DNA of 6,131 nucleotides from a virus, in the IMG/VR virus record IMGVR_UViG_3300020030_000015, positions 1-6,131 of that record; one strand, written 5' to 3'. Every line of letters begins with the position of its first letter. Position 1 is the first letter of the stretch. Shown piece after piece: positions 5,967 to 6,131 of the stretch. The notes below the pieces were generated by a model. That model did no database searches and was not told the origin of the DNA. It saw nothing but the letters and a program-made list of their open reading frames with translations. Position numbers and translations under genes: made by a program.

Positions 5967-6005
5967 AATAAAAAAGAACCCGCAGGAGAGGGGAATCTCC
6001 TGGGG
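5967..6005 (-). terminator. Rho-independent terminator closing the - strand gene array
   Basis: Stem 5983-5989 (caggaga) pairs with 5996-6002 (tctcctg) around a 6-nt loop. It extends by ccc (5979-5981) pairing with ggg (6003-6005) across a 1-nt bulge. On the - strand the hairpin is followed immediately by TTCTTTTTTATT (5978-5967). It lies about 46 nt downstream of the stop of the last ORF (32, equivalent to 6052). Confidence 0.75.
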
Positions 6006-6020
6006 CTCAGCGAGTTAAAG

Positions 6021-6131
6021 AACTCTTCCACCAAGCGGGCGGGTCACTACTCTAGTGCCCTTTCCCTTCTTCTTTCGACGCGCTTTCATTGTGAGTCAAA
6101 TCAGTGCTAAACATAAGAACAAGTGTATTAT
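6021..6131. repeat. Terminal direct repeat, copy 2 (assembly overlap of a circular genome)
   Basis: Identical to bases 1-111. It contains a duplicated partial copy of the 3' end of the 107-aa ORF and is not an independent locus. Confidence 0.97.

Noticed and set aside
35-6110. Plus-strand ORFs of 60-112 aa (35-259, 520-759, 1299-1514, 1959-2147, 4244-4546, 4688-5026, 5219-5446, 5629-5967, 5928-6110).
   Set aside because: All are antisense to well-supported - strand genes or run through the structured non-coding region and terminator. Their products are Arg/Lys/Ile-rich, low-complexity translations with no motifs. Microviruses transcribe a single strand.

Overview
The window holds one complete, circularly permuted genome of a small ssDNA phage of the family Microviridae, with a unit length of 6,020 nt. 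Bases 1-111 recur exactly at 6021-6131, which is what a circular contig looks like when written past its own start. All credible genes are on the - strand, so the window is the reverse complement of the mRNA-sense (encapsidated) strand. In transcription order (high to low coordinates) the layout is:
- a GC-rich structured non-coding region (5966-5842)
- a 66-aa basic ORF
- replication initiator VP4 (motif I, HUH and YxxxY motifs readable)
- major capsid protein VP1 (602 aa)
- a 98-aa acidic protein, possibly a scaffold
- a long hairpin plus T-tract
- a small lipobox-bearing membrane protein
- DNA pilot protein VP2 (455 aa)
- a Bacteroidetes-type promoter (TTTG-N19-TATATTTG)
- two ORFs of unknown function (101 and 107 aa)
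- a strong intrinsic terminator (6005-5967)
Genes are tightly packed (TAATG, TAGtATG and TAAtttATG junctions). No start codon has a Shine-Dalgarno sequence. Together with the promoter type, this points to a Bacteroidetes host. I saw no tRNA, rRNA, CRISPR array, transposase or integrase. The items most worth follow-up are the small lipoprotein translationally coupled to VP2, the promoter-equipped unknown two-gene module, and the two structured non-coding elements. All functional calls rest on motifs read by eye, because no database search was possible.
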